A stretch of DNA of 63,756 nt, filler included, from Neolecta irregularis DAH-3 (taxonomy: Eukaryota), in assembly GCA_001929475.1 (NCBI GenBank). It is 7 parts of 7 records of this genome, joined end to end, with 100 filler letters (N's around TTAATTAATTAA, not from the genome) between each part and the next. Parts side by side here need not be neighbours in the genome. Positions count along the whole stretch, not along the records: positions 1 to 20,178 come from LXFE01000396.1; 6 more parts are not named here. One strand, 5' to 3'. Both the position numbers and the translations under genes were made by a program. Shown in pieces: positions 1 to 13,211 of this stretch (position 1 is the stretch's first letter; every line of letters begins with the position of its first letter). The notes beneath the pieces are model-generated. The model saw only the letters and a program-made list of their open reading frames with translations. It did not search any database and had not been told where the DNA came from.

Positions 1-516
1 ACTCCATATAGGCTCGAATATAAAACGAATTCTCAAGGATTATTACACGTTTCAAGGGGCAATATCGTACATTTTATTTTCAGAGAACTTGCTACGAATG
101 AGTGGATATTTGAGATGCCTATAATTCACAATATATAATCCTAGAGTCTAACTGTAGTATTCAGAATATTTATGCAGTGGGACATTCAACAAAGTGCCTG
201 ATTCCACTCATAATAAAACGTCAAGTGTTCATCGCAATTACGCTATATCTTTCTCAATTCGGTTAGATCATACAAGTAAAGGTAAAGTGTAGCTACTAGC
301 GAATTGTATTTCATTCATCTTCTCTATTCGTCATTCCATCAAAATATATCCTCGTCTTATTGCACATTCGACAGAATAGAATCCACAAACACATACCTGC
401 TGAGTATTTTCTATGAAGAATCTGTCTGAGTGGCAGTCGAGAAAGTTGACAAATATAGCTGTTTCCAATTGATCCTTGCTTCCCACAGATTTCAGTGGAA
501 TATGATATTGACCTAG

Positions 517-708
517 TGTAAGGATATACCCAGTCGGTATACCTTACCAATACAGTAATCAGGCGTTGGTAGAATAAGTAGCGGAGTTTATAGTTATACC
601 TAGCCTGAGTTACAACACTTAGGCTAGGTATGTCCATGTACGGAGTTACAACACTTAGGCTAGAAATATGTCCTGGTCTTATTTGTAACTTCTGGAGTTA
701 AGCTTACA
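517..708 (+). mobile_element. Solo LTR, 192 bp
   Basis: Begins TGTAAG and ends CTTACA, flanked by a perfect 5-bp TSD CCTAG (512-516 and 709-713); homologous to 20820-21012. Confidence 0.85.
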
Positions 709-1637
709 CCTAGGATCTTGATGTATATACTACTTGAGAGCACAATTACAAAAATCCATTTGCTTTATCACCAACATCCCTCCAACAGTGGCCCAGAGAA
801 GCTGTGGGATGCATAAACACACAACCCTTTATGCAAGATCTAGAGCGATTGGAAGCTATATCAACAGTGATGGCGGAAGGGAATGAGGGCTAGGCTGCGC
901 AAGTTGGTGTCTGCGGGGCGCAGTGATGGGTTGCGGCGGGACAGCGCGCACTATGACTGACTACCAGGCCGTCTGCTACACCTGCTGCTGCCCCGTTGCC
1001 TGTGTCTGACAATGCCCTCCTCGCGGTCAACGTCAGCCATTCGTTCCAGATTGCCTGTCGCATCGCCGTGTTTGGCCTCTCGATAGTATCTCAATATATA
1101 ACACTTTACCATGAGGGCTATAAATAGCTTCCCCTGCCCCCACCGGCAGGCACACCAAGTGACACCAATGTCACAGTGTTGTACCACATGGGAAAAAGCT
1201 AAAGAAATCTAGTAACCATATGTCTAATATATACTTACCCACTCCAGATATTGTAGAGGCATCTGAGTGCCTACAGACATGGTGTAAACAACAGTTTTAT
1301 ATTAAATGCAGTCTAGCTTATAATACATATGATGTTGATTTTATTAGTATTTAACCTATGATCTCTATATAATCTGTGGATCAGAGGAGAGAGACAAACT
1401 GATGCTTAATGCGGCCTCAATGAAAAGAATGCCCCAACTGGCTGGTATGGTCCTTTGGATTGTGAAAGTGTGTCTGATCCGTCAATTTAGAGTCCAGCAT
1501 GTTTGCAGGTCCCATGCAAGAAAAGCACTTTATATATAATTATCTTCTATATAATTATCTATGAAAATGCATTGTAGAATCTGGTGGTTTGGTCCAAACT
1601 CACCGCCATCAAACAACTAGCCATCCGTAATTGCTAC

Positions 1638-3165
1638 ATGCTCGCCGCTCCATCGTCGCCTCTCCGCACTGGTTATTCGCCCTCGCCTGCTCCAAGCACT
1701 ATTGATCCGGAAGCGATCCATTCTCACAAGCCGGAGAAAGCGTAAATCCTACATGCCTCCTCCTTTTCATTCAACACCTATAGATCGGTTTTTGCGGGGT
1801 CGAAAATTCCTCATCTGAAAAAACCAGATGGCGAGCCCCTGTATCGCAAGGATGTGCAGTTCGACTTTCTCAGTTACATCTTCAGCGACCAGCACGCCGC
1901 GTTCACATCGCCTTTTACCCATGAAAAACTTACATTCTTGCAACTCTACATGGAATCATTCCGTTCGAGTGCGAAATGCAGCAAGGTTCTGCGAGACAGA
2001 ATAGCGATAGACGAGCGAGCTGCAAAGAGTATTGCCATGGTCAGTCTTTTGGTCAACGTTGGAAGAATCAATACAACGTTAACATGTTGAGTGTTCTTGT
2101 TATCTCGACTAACTGCAGTCTTCTACGAGATGAGAGCTGCTCTTCGGACATATCATCCCATCCCATGTCTCCAACTGATGTTTCCGCAAGATCGAAAAAA
2201 CCTACAAGACGCACCTCGTCTCAAATCTATACTCAAAGCCATGACTGAAGATCAAGCGCAGCCCCAATCATACGACCAACTTGTCAAAAGTTTCGCCCAT
2301 CCAACGACTAATCCAATGAGCCTGCTCTTTATATTCTCCAATTATGCGCCAAAACTGACGGAAGCTGAATTTTCTTCGCCGAGGGAATTTTATGATCTAT
2401 TTACGAGGAGCACACTCTCCTCGGAGTCACGCGGCAATGCATTTCTGTATCTTGTCTGGAAATATCTTGAGAAGAACGGTCCAGATGAGAATCCATTTGG
2501 TGATCATGTCGAACTGGGACCGTTGGTAGTTGACGATCCCTCAAAAGAGAACGTCGATCTGCCCGAGGAAATTGAATGGGGGAAGAAAATGACTGAAGAG
2601 CGGAAAAGCATGATATCCTATATGCAGTTCTAATATGTAGAATTCCTGGAAGCTCCAATCCAACATCCCAAAATCGCCAAGAAACCCAAAAGAGACAAGA
2701 AGGCGGCCGACTATTACGAACTATCTACACCAACGCCCGTCACGCCCGGGGACCTTGATCAACTTCCAACAGCAGGTTCTTTCTTTTTCTCTGTATTTAT
2801 CGTAACATCAAGTCCGCTCATCTTCTCGTCGGAAACGCAAAATTGTAGAACTTGGAACACAAGAGGACTCTGACATTGAAACCGAGCCAACTCAAGCCGA
2901 ACAAGATCAAAAACGCCAAAGGAAAATTGAAAAACGATATAAAAAATTAAGACTTCGTGATTTCAAGGAAAGGAGAAGAGAGCGCAAAAGGGAAGGCGCG
3001 CTGTTACGTGAATGGAGACTTGTTTCCGCAATGGATCCGCTTGATGATTCGGAGCGAGAGAAATTTAATGATTTGGATAATGGAGAGGAAGCAGAAGCTT
3101 TTCTTGCTGCACTTCGACGCGGTGAACGGCGAGGATTGAGATGGAGAATGAGCGAAATGGTTTAA
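1638..3165 (+). CDS. IES1: INO80 complex subunit Ies1-like protein (multi-exon)
   Basis: Motifs HLKKPDGEPLYRKDVQFDFLSYIF, LLVNVGRINTT, LRTYHPIPCLQ, LQDAPRLKSILK; exons separated by short introns. Confidence 0.75.
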
Positions 3166-3626
3166 GTTGCCTCGATCATAGTCTCATATTGAAATAGTAT
3201 ATGAATAATAGTACACAGTTCTTGCATCTCCGAGATTAAAAGTCAGGTTTGTACTTCTCCAAATCTGAAAGAATCACTATTTGACGATGTGATGAATTGC
3301 AAGCGCTAATTAGAAAACACCAAGAATAGACTGGGTTGATCAATGGTAGCAAGATGGAAATAGTTCCTGGCGATTACATCAAACAAGATTGAATCATCGA
3401 GCATTTACAAATATTAAGCGAGAAGAGGAGAACGAGACTCTTGAGATCCGTAGAGCTCATATGATCTCTAGCTTGTAAAAGGATTTTTTCATCAAGAATA
3501 AGTTCTTTGTGACCAATTCCTTTGATCGCAACTGAAATTTTCAATAATGAAGCTCGGATGTGGAAACTTATGAGATATTCCACGATATTCTAAGCAGTTC
3601 AAGGTTTCGGTAGTCATTCACTTTAA

Positions 3627-4344
3627 CTAAGCATAGCGGGACCTTCGTCTTTCAAACACTGACATGCGTTCGAACCATTCTTTAACGCCCTCAATTCCGA
3701 GTTTTACCAGACCAGTCCGTTTCTTCCCTTCAATACGACCTGGCGTTAGTATGCTCAAGTAAAAGAAATTTAAAACCATCTGATCCGATTGTCGGGAGGA
3801 TATTCTCACCCGCAGAAAGACTAATAAATAAACCAAATGGCACTAGCCAAACGCATATAACGAAGAAGCTGGCTGTTTCAGGGAATGTAGGATGTTCGGT
3901 ATAGATTCGATGGGACTGAATGTAGCTGAAATGGCGAAACCAGAGATAGTGGTTTGTAAATACGATTACTAGAGATAAATTGACACTCTTGGGAGGAATA
4001 AACGTACTACATGAAAGGAGAAATGTGGGAGATAACAACTGAATTACAGGGAAAGTCGATAAATTGGCTCTGTAAAGGAGGTGCGATACGATCGAAAATA
4101 TAGTGAGCTTTTTGGGAAATGAATCGAATATCAGTAGAATATGCAGGCCAATGACTGACTACAATATCAATGAAGATATGGAATAATGGCAACATACCCA
4201 TATTAACCGTAACAGAAACCTTTTTGCTGGTACTGAATGCTCTTCAATTATTTCAGACAAATAATACAATCCCGAAGCAATGGATAATGTGAAGAAAACG
4301 AATCCTAGAATGGCGCCGAGGCCAGTTAACAGGCGCAAAATCAT
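3627..4344 (-). CDS. SVP26: ER-Golgi cargo adaptor Svp26/TEX261 family (multi-exon)
   Basis: TLSIASGLYYLSEIIEEHS and CVWLVPFGLFISLSAGENILPT motifs. Confidence 0.85.
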
Positions 4345-5123
4345 TTCTCGGTGTGGAACTGGAGTCAAGCAATAGGTAACCGATGCACCACCACAATCAA
4401 CCAATAAAGATTGTACTAGGCAAATAGACTACACAACAACCTTTGTAGAAAACTCGGGAATATTCCAAAAACAGACTATGGGACGCACTTTTGGAAAAAA
4501 TTGAGTCTTTTAGTACCATATAAATTCGAAACTCGGAAATCCTCTCATTTACAAGGTATATCTACTCCCTTCTACGGAGCATTGAGACTGTCGGCCATGA
4601 TAACGACGCATTCTCCTTGAATATCTACCTCGAGAAATTCCCTAAAACAAAAAGTATCTGCAGAAGATCTATAGGTCATTTTATATATTTAGATATGAAG
4701 TCCTCATTATCGTGGTATCTTGGACGTTCCATACAGGTCGGGAGTTTCTCAGGACTTGCTTACAAAGTATAAGGGTTAGGGTCAGCGCGATCTCGTTTGT
4801 GTCAAATTCTCATTGAGAATCAAGTCAAACAATCTTAAAAAAGGTAAAAAAGGTGCTCTGCTTATTAAAGGTCAATCTGAGTTCGGTGAAGATCTCGACG
4901 CTTCGTGTTACCAAGTACTGATCTATGTACTGTCTCTTCCGTCAATAGCTTTTAAAGTTGCAATCGTAACATCAGCGGTGACTTGATGATCTTGGACTTC
5001 CTCTGAATTGAGCTATTAACGAAGTTTCAAGATTGAGAGTTCTTGTCATACAATGATGCTTTTCTCGGAGTTAGTGACAATTTTCAACGCTAAATTGATT
5101 CCGCTCCTCTCATTTTCCATCTT

Positions 5124-6925
5124 ATGAACAAGATACCTAAATCATTCAAAGATTGGATCTGGTTAACTCCCGCTCCGTCATCCTTCGCCCCTTCATCGAA
5201 GTGGTCGAACGCGGATATGGAGCCTGTTCCTGAAACTGAAAGGACTTGGACGACGTTGAATTACGTCTCTTACTGGTTATCTGAGTTAATATTGATCTTA
5301 TCAAGGAGATGATTGATTTTAGTGCATTCAATGTTTCTACGTATATGCTTGCCTCTTCGATGATATCTGTCGGTTTAAACTGGAAGGAAGCAATTACGTG
5401 TATTATTGTTGGGCATACCTTGATCGCTAGTATTGCTCTTGATTGCGAGGAGTTAACTAGAATAGTACCTATCACTCTTAACGGAACAATCGGAGCGAGA
5501 CACCATGTTTCCTTTCCGTTACTAAGTCGGTATCTTTATCTTCGATAAATATATCATGACGGATCAGATCAGTCTTTGGATTCTGGTTCTCATACTTCCC
5601 TGTGATATCTAGAGGTGTACTGGCTTGTTTCTGGTTTGCAATCCAGACCTATGTGAATCGCGCCTCTGCGATGAAAAGTTTTAATCATTAGACTGGAAGT
5701 GAATGCATTCGAGAGATGATTCAAGCAGTCTGGCCCTCGTTCAAGAATTTCCCCAATCATCTCGTGCACCAAAATCTTTTTAATTCTACTTAGCATTAGG
5801 ATAAGTCATCGAACATTACCTCTCAAGGGATCCTGTGCTATTTTATATTCTGTACATTCTATCGGAGAGCTATTCTTATGAACTCAAGGGATAATTCAGT
5901 TCCCTTTTCTACTTGTATCAATGCAAAGGATCAGGTACCTCTTTGCTCTCAAGTCTATTCTCGTTCCAATTACCGCTTTAGCGATGTTAATCTGGGCATT
6001 TAAACGCACTAATGGCGGAGGTCCGATATTTCAGCAAGAATCGACAATATCTGGCTCAAAGAAAACATGGATATTCATGTCTAGCCTGAACTCTGTTCTC
6101 GGTAATTTTGCTCCTCTGACTGTTAATATCCCCGATTTTACTCGTTATGCTGCTGGTCCACGATATCAGTACATTCAGTTATTGATTATTCCACTCGCAT
6201 TTTCGTTTTTCGCTTTTGTTGGAATAGTAGTTACCAGCGCTAGTAAAACTATCTATGGCGGAGACTATATATGGGATCCTATGCAGCTCATGTCCTTATG
6301 GGATAATCGAGCCGCTACTTTTTTAAGTGCTTTTAGTTTAGCATTGGCGACACTCGGAACCAACATATCGGCAAATAGTATCTCTGCGGCAAATGACTTC
6401 ACGGCTTTGTACCCTCAACTAATTAACATGAGACGTGGCCAGATTTTAGTGAGTTTCATTGGCGGGTGGTGTCTCGTGGTATGTTGTCTGAATTTCTGGC
6501 TTCTAAATTAATTAGCCTTGGAATATTCTCGCGAGCGCTTCTAGATTCTTGAGCTTCATGTCTGGATATACTATCTTTATTGGTCCCATTGCAGGAATCA
6601 TGATCTTCGACTACTGGGCCGTGAAAAGACAGTACTTGAGCGTGCCAGACTTGTATCGTCCTAATGGAATATATCGTTATAATTACTGGGGTACGAATTG
6701 GAGAGCACTGGTGGCTCTAATCTCTGGGTGCGTTTTTCTTCTATTCCTATTAATTTGAGATTCTTGCCTACTTTTCCTGGTTTCCTAAATACCTTTGATC
6801 CTTCAGTCAAAGCTGGGAATTCGATTTACGACATTGCTTATCTCATTACTTTCCTGGTCTCGGGTATAATATATTCGGCGTTGAATCATTTATTTCCGCC
6901 GCAGTACACAAACTCACCACTCTGA
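5124..6925 (+). CDS. NCS1 family nucleobase permease (uracil/allantoin, Fur4/Dal4-like; multi-exon)
   Basis: WSNADMEPVP..RTW, NIPDFTRYA, LGTNISANSISAANDF, GPIAGIMIFDYW, GTNWRA motifs. Confidence 0.88.
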
Positions 6926-7453
6926 ATCAAGTTAATGATGACGCGAGTCTGTATGGCATGCCAAATGCAGAGAAAGTCTCAAGACAGATCATGAGATAGT
7001 TATACTTTATAAAATATATATGTTGACCTGGATGCCAAAACTTTTCTCAAGTGATATATTTCAGTTTTATATATTCATTTACTGTTGTGGGCATTATAGC
7101 TTGTAGCAGCAATGGTTCTCCAGCCTCACTGGTGGTGGAGACCCTCAAATTTTCATTGTCCGCAAATAAACCAATGTGGGAGCATAACATTGGTCACTTG
7201 GATTTACAGGTAATATATCAGTGCTCTTGCAGAGAGCGATATACCAAATGTTTTCATATGAGATAAAAGAAAGAGATTCAGATTCTTTCTGAAAAGGCGC
7301 CACGATCATGGGGTTTGTCTGACTATCAGCGGATCAAATCATTAAGAAAGTGATCCGTTATCAATTACACATAGACGATAAGACAAGCACACGTACATAA
7401 CCGTATCTTACAACAGATAGAAGAAAAGTCCCTTCAAGGCATGCCAAAAGTGT

Positions 7454-8894
7454 CTAGGGAAGCAGGTAAGAAGTGATCGACACCCATGACCCACTATCAG
7501 TGAAGATTCCTTCATCAGACTCTGATGTCTTCGCATCATCATCGATGACGGATGGTTGAACGATAGTCAACAAGCTACTAACCCACGACTTCATTTCTTC
7601 AAATCGACTGTTATTCGACTTTTGAGCAGGGGTACCCATGATGCTCTCGACGAAAGTCTGGCGATATCGAGCGAGTTGTGTATCTTGATGATAGATGATG
7701 AGGTCATTGATTTCTTTCGATGGCATTATTCTTCCAACGACAGGGCTCAGGCGAGACAAAATTCTAGTTGGGATGTTGAAGGAAAAGCTCTGACAGTGAG
7801 TTATAAAAAAGGCTTACAATATACGCCATCCTTTCCTTCAACCTCATAAAAATAGGTCAGTCTGAAGACATGTTCCGTCTCCTCGTCAGATACTCCAAAT
7901 TCATCGCGGATAAATGCAGTCATATTTGACGGCATGCGTTTATATTCATCTACTTTCCAGCAGCCGATTTCTTCTGATTGTTTGAACTGAACAATCTCGA
8001 GCTTACTAAAAGTGGGATTGAGTTTCATTTTCTTATTTGAAAGTGTAATATTGAAAGAGATTCTTGTTTGAGTGCCAGCAGATATGTATGGAGCCGCATA
8101 TACAGATATATCTAATGACAATGGACATCGGGAAAGACGTTTGATGTTGTCTATGATAGTAAACGGAACATTATGACAATGTTTAAAATTTGTATGAAAC
8201 GCATAAGGCAAAAATGTTAAAGGCCAGCCAACTTTGATGTCAATGGTCTCAGATTTCCATAATAAAGGAGCAAATTCATTTAATGTAACTTCAAAGGGAG
8301 AATTAGAACCAGAAGAAGAAGGTGTGGGTCGGTAGAGCGGAAAATGAAAGTTGAGGTGTATGCGATAACTGTATGATGAGCTGAGCATAACGATTTCAGA
8401 ATATACGAGATAAGCCAGTTGGTAACGCTCGTTGATATCCTCTCCGGAAACGTGTTCCAAGAGATGTATCGCGTATCATGGAAAATGAGTTCTTTTTTGC
8501 CTACCTCAAGTTTGATTTCTACCGTCTTCTCGCCTTTAGAAAACGGTGTTCGTGATATGTCCGACAGACATGCCCCAACAAGTATCTATCTATGAGTTTA
8601 CTTGTGACCTGATAGGTATGCCTCTTCGTCATCCTCAACCCCGGACTCATCGTGAAAGTGAGCATATAAACCACCTGAAAGGCGACTGAGAACCACAGTC
8701 TCGATTGTTGTGAAACATAATTCTGCTTTCAAGATAGCAGTAGGAACACGATGGACAGGACATTGTATTGGATTTGGAACAACTTTGATATTCTCAATGA
8801 CTCGTGGGGCTTCCATCTGGGGCTGAGGTTTTGTTGGTGGTGAGTTCAATGTTACTACGCGATCGAGTGAAATTCGCTTAGAGGGAGTTTGCAC
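7454..8894 (-). CDS. Hypothetical multi-exon protein; boundaries approximate
   Basis: Three collinear minus-strand ORFs (8598-8894, 7801-8460, 7454-7759); no family recognised. Confidence 0.45.
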
Positions 8895-9076
8895 AAAACG
8901 TCATGACAACAAAAGTTACCACAATATTGTAGTTATCTACATAAGACATTATACAATCCCAATTGAGAAAGGCATGAAAAAATCATATTTCAGATAATGA
9001 GGGCGTATGGTGATCGAAATTCTATCTAGGAACCCTGAGGTGAAAATTCAGAGTTGGTAAACTTTCAAGTTCTCTT

Positions 9077-10092
9077 GGAGAGAACATTGCGGAATACTAC
9101 GAAATGAACTATTCTTCACATAATATCAATTACTCAGTTACGTTCGTATCGTGACTCGTAGACTCATCAAGTCTTTAGTGGCAGACATATATATTAATCA
9201 TGAGATGCAGTGCTTATGTATTCTATGGCTCGTCAAACTCTGTTCACATTTATGAAGTCCAAATATGTGAGGCAACCAAGAATCGGTGATCATCAAAGAG
9301 GAAGATCTTTATACCACCAGTGGCCTTTTCAAGAACAAGTAGTAATCTCTATGCGGGTGGGCGGATGATCTTTTTTGACAATTTATATAGATGCAATACA
9401 ATATTCACTAAATAACCAAAATTGCTAATATAAAATGATTTCTATCTGGTCATTTCTTTCGTTGGTGAAGAATGCTGCACAAAGTTCACGTGGAATCATC
9501 CTGATCACTCTGTCACGTGATCAGGGACAAATCTTGCGAGTGTAACTTTGAGCAAATGGCAATCAATTCACAGTTGAACAACCAACCAACACATTCAAAC
9601 AAAACAAGCACTGTCAGGATCTGAATTTAAAGACGAATCTAATGGTCTGCCAACAAATTCAATACGAGAAAGTCAAAGGGGGACCTTTGGAGAAGCATCA
9701 CATGGAGGAAACTAACTACCAAACCGCCTTACAACCTAATAGCCTGCCAGAGCATTCTCCAGGTGGATGGTTGGATCTCTTGGTGAAGGCGGGCGGCATA
9801 AAAGTCATCCGCTCACCTGCATAGAGATTACCACTTGTTCTTGAAAAGTCCACCGGTCGTATAAAGATCTTCTTCTATGATGATCACCGATTCTTGGTTG
9901 CCTCACATATTTGGACTTCAAAAATACGAACAGAGTTTGACGAGCCATAATAAGCACTGCATCCCATGATTAATATATGCGTCTGCCACTAAAGACTTTA
10001 TGAGTCTACGAGCCACGATACGAACGTAACTGAGTAATTGATATTATGTGAAGAATAGTTCATTTCGTAATATTCCGCAATGTTTTCTCTCC
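9077..10092. mobile_element. Foldback/non-autonomous element with ~295-bp inverted repeats
   Basis: About 9077-9372 is the near-identical reverse complement of about 9800-10092; spacer of about 430 bp with no convincing ORF. Confidence 0.75.
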
Positions 10093-10161
10093 CCGGCGGG
10101 CGGGTGGACTTGAAGAACCAACCCATCCATCTATAATCAAGAGATAATTTCACAGAGTTAT

Positions 10162-11998
10162 TCAGTCATGACATTCAAATGATCTCCCACTCGTTGACCC
10201 AGCCTCAACGACAATTTGTTCTCCCTTTTCATACAAGTCAAGAATCTCTTGGTAAATGTTCCATTTCACACGATCAAATCCTCGGACCCGAGCACATGTT
10301 CCTTCCAGCTGTTGAACGAAAGTCTCAAATGATTTACCATTTCCTAGAACCGCCCATGCAGCTTTATTCGCAGCACCCTGGGCACAGGCATTACCGGAAT
10401 GTGGTATAAAAACATCTCCCCCGATGACATCTGCGAACACGTCTATTATAGTAGAGTTTCGACTTCCACCACCAACAACGTAAAGACGTCGAGGTGGTTT
10501 GTTGTTGAGCAAAGGCCTAGCCCGAAGGCTGCATGACAATGCTTGACTTTCGCAGATTATTCGGGGGTCAAGTGTGTTTTCCCAATTCGTTACGACAAGG
10601 TCATTATCTCTGGTTGAAAATCGAGTTAAGCTGGACGATGTTGGTGGGATAATCTCGTCTAGCGGGTAATAGTACCCCAGTTTTTTTCGATTTTGGCCGC
10701 CGAAGGGCTCGGTTTGTATGATGTGTTCGTTGAATGTTTCCCAGGTTGGTGGTTCCAAGGTATCTCTAATTTGCTCCCGGGCAAGGCCACCATTCTTGTA
10801 ACATAGCATGGACATGTAAAGACCATTTGTCGTTGGATGTTTGAATAGGTGATACGAGGGATGAGGAATATAGCTTGGTGTTAGGAGAAGGAGGGTTGTT
10901 GATGTGCCCAGCGAAAGAACGACATCCATTGCATGTAATGGAAGAGATAAGATTGTCGAAGGGTTGTCTCCTGTGAACGAGATCACCACACAGTCTAGTC
11001 GTTAATTTGTATCCTCAATTGAATCCTGGGTACCTTTATTGAATCTAAACTTTTCTTGAAAGTACGTACTTACAGATCCGAAATTGTGATCCCCAGAAAC
11101 AACAGAGCCCAATTTTCTGTTCAGTTCCGGAGTTTTTGCGGCACTTCCAGCAGTAAGTTCCATTAGTTGTTGGCAATATTCATTCTTTTGAACATCCCAC
11201 AAATTCGCGCCACATACATCAGAAATATCCATCTCCACAATTCGACCTACGAGAACTGATGCAAGAAAGCTTGATACCAAAGATATTCGAGATGTGATTT
11301 CATATTTTTCGGGATGTTTTTTCCGAAAAGAAAGGATTTGTGGGCCTGTGAATCGCTGTTTTGTTACAAAGGAAGAAAAAGAGACCCTACATGGTGTGCT
11401 TTCGATCCGGTTATTTCGGCAAGTTGTTTTGGTCCTCCAGCAGATTCTTCAAATTCATGACATTCCACGCTAGTGGATGAGTCTTGCCAATTTGGCGACA
11501 TGGGATGAGATAGCGCCTCTGAAATTTGCTCATGCAAGGGTTTTTCAATATCGTATGATTTCAGGATCTCTTCTGCTTTTCCAGACCAGTATACAGAGCC
11601 GTGTTGCTAAGATTTCAGCCAGACGCGACTGGTTTGGGGGGAACTTGGCCAGCCCCAGAGATCCCTTTGACCAATTGGAATGGGAAATTCTCAATTTTCA
11701 TTTGGTTAAGAAGAAGATCGAGGGCCTCCACCCACATTGCAACTGGAGCAACAACCGAGGGCCCTTCTTTCAGGACTCCATTGCAAGTTCTAAAATGAGG
11801 GCATATTAAGTAAAACATTGGTACTTGTATTGCGGCAGATCTCTATCGAACAGGACAAAATATTCGCTGTGGAAGGCAAGATGTTCATCGATGGCAATCG
11901 CTTTGAGCTGGAATCGTCAATTCACTGCAAGATATTTATACTTGATATACCTGTTGAGTTGAGAGGTCAAAGCCTATGAATAAGGATTTTGACGACAT
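10162..11998 (-). CDS. XKS1: Xylulokinase (FGGY family; multi-exon)
   Basis: [17 protein letters not shown]-terminus; [36 protein letters not shown] motifs. Confidence 0.92.
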
Positions 11999-12375
11999 GT
12001 TTGAGGTTCAAAATATGAAGTTGCGTTGGGATCTTTGTTATTTAACCGTTTGGGATCCGGCTAAAGATCCTGCTTTTAAAGTTTGGCGGTACCACACATA
12101 ATCTCCCCCATTCACAGGTATTTTATGGTTGATTGAATTATTCTTGTGTGGCTGAGTTTTCCCGAACTCGCTTCCCCCACCTCGCTATAGGGAGTGAAGC
12201 GATACTGAATCGCAGTATGCAAAACAAAGGATTAGTCTTCATAATGTGGTCGGAAAAGCGGAATGGCCTAAAGGCGTCCATCTTGAATCGTGCTCTTAAT
12301 CTGAGTGTACCTAAACCGCATAACAGGCTCCAAATAGCTTGACAATAAGGTGATGGTGATATTATTCATTGAATC

Positions 12376-12571
12376 TGTAATTAGTGAAGCGTAGCGTACA
12401 AATAAGATCAAGTTATATTTCTTAACCTAAGTAAGCAGACCTTTACGCTGAGGTTAAGATTTGTTGGCTCTGCCCTTATCTACTCTATCTAATAATTGCC
12501 CTTATATAATTTCCCGCCTCCTACTGTATTGGTAAGATATATCCGGGTAATACCCCAGATATATCGTTACA
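12376..12571 (-). mobile_element. Solo LTR of the same family, reverse orientation
   Basis: TGTAA...TTACA ends, 196 bp; shares CTTACCAATACAGTA with the 517-708 copy on the opposite strand; imperfect TSD GAATC/GATTC. Confidence 0.65.
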
Positions 12572-13211
12572 GATTCATTCCGTCGAGTTGAACTCGGTTA
12601 ATATCCTGCAGAATTCTGCTTCTCAAGATAACGTTACATTTGCTTCCATGCGATTGGTATATAGCAAGATCCTTGCCAAAATTCCAAAAAGACTGAAAAC
12701 GACGAAGATATTCCATCCCTTTCTGACCAGTATATATCAATTGGTTACAAATAGACTGCATCGGGTTAATATCGATTTCCGCGATATTGGCCCCATCACT
12801 CCAATCTAGCGGATAATGAAAACTAATTTGAATCCCGCCCACTCCATCTATGGTTCACCGGTTAATGAAAACCAGATGTCTCTGTAGTCCTTTCTGCAAA
12901 CTTTCTCAATTCTAAATCCAAGGACCTGATTTGCGAAAAGCGTTAGACTTTACGTGAGGATCCTTCATAGATACAGATCACATCTTTTATTTCAACAAAC
13001 TTTAGGTAGATCCTACCAATCTAGTTATGAAAAACCACATTCCAACTAGCCTCTACATTCCAGATGTATGTTGTACTCAAGAACATGGTGGCATATTTTA
13101 TATTGGTGGAGTAATTCACCATCTTTATTACTCAGACACCCGCCCAACCCCAAAAAGCCACAGCCATCACTTAAACATCCCATTCGAATCTAGATACCAG
13201 ACTCAAACAAA

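Noticed and set aside
311-1187. Short minus-strand ORFs near the window start
   Set aside because: No recognisable motifs; one begins inside the solo LTR.
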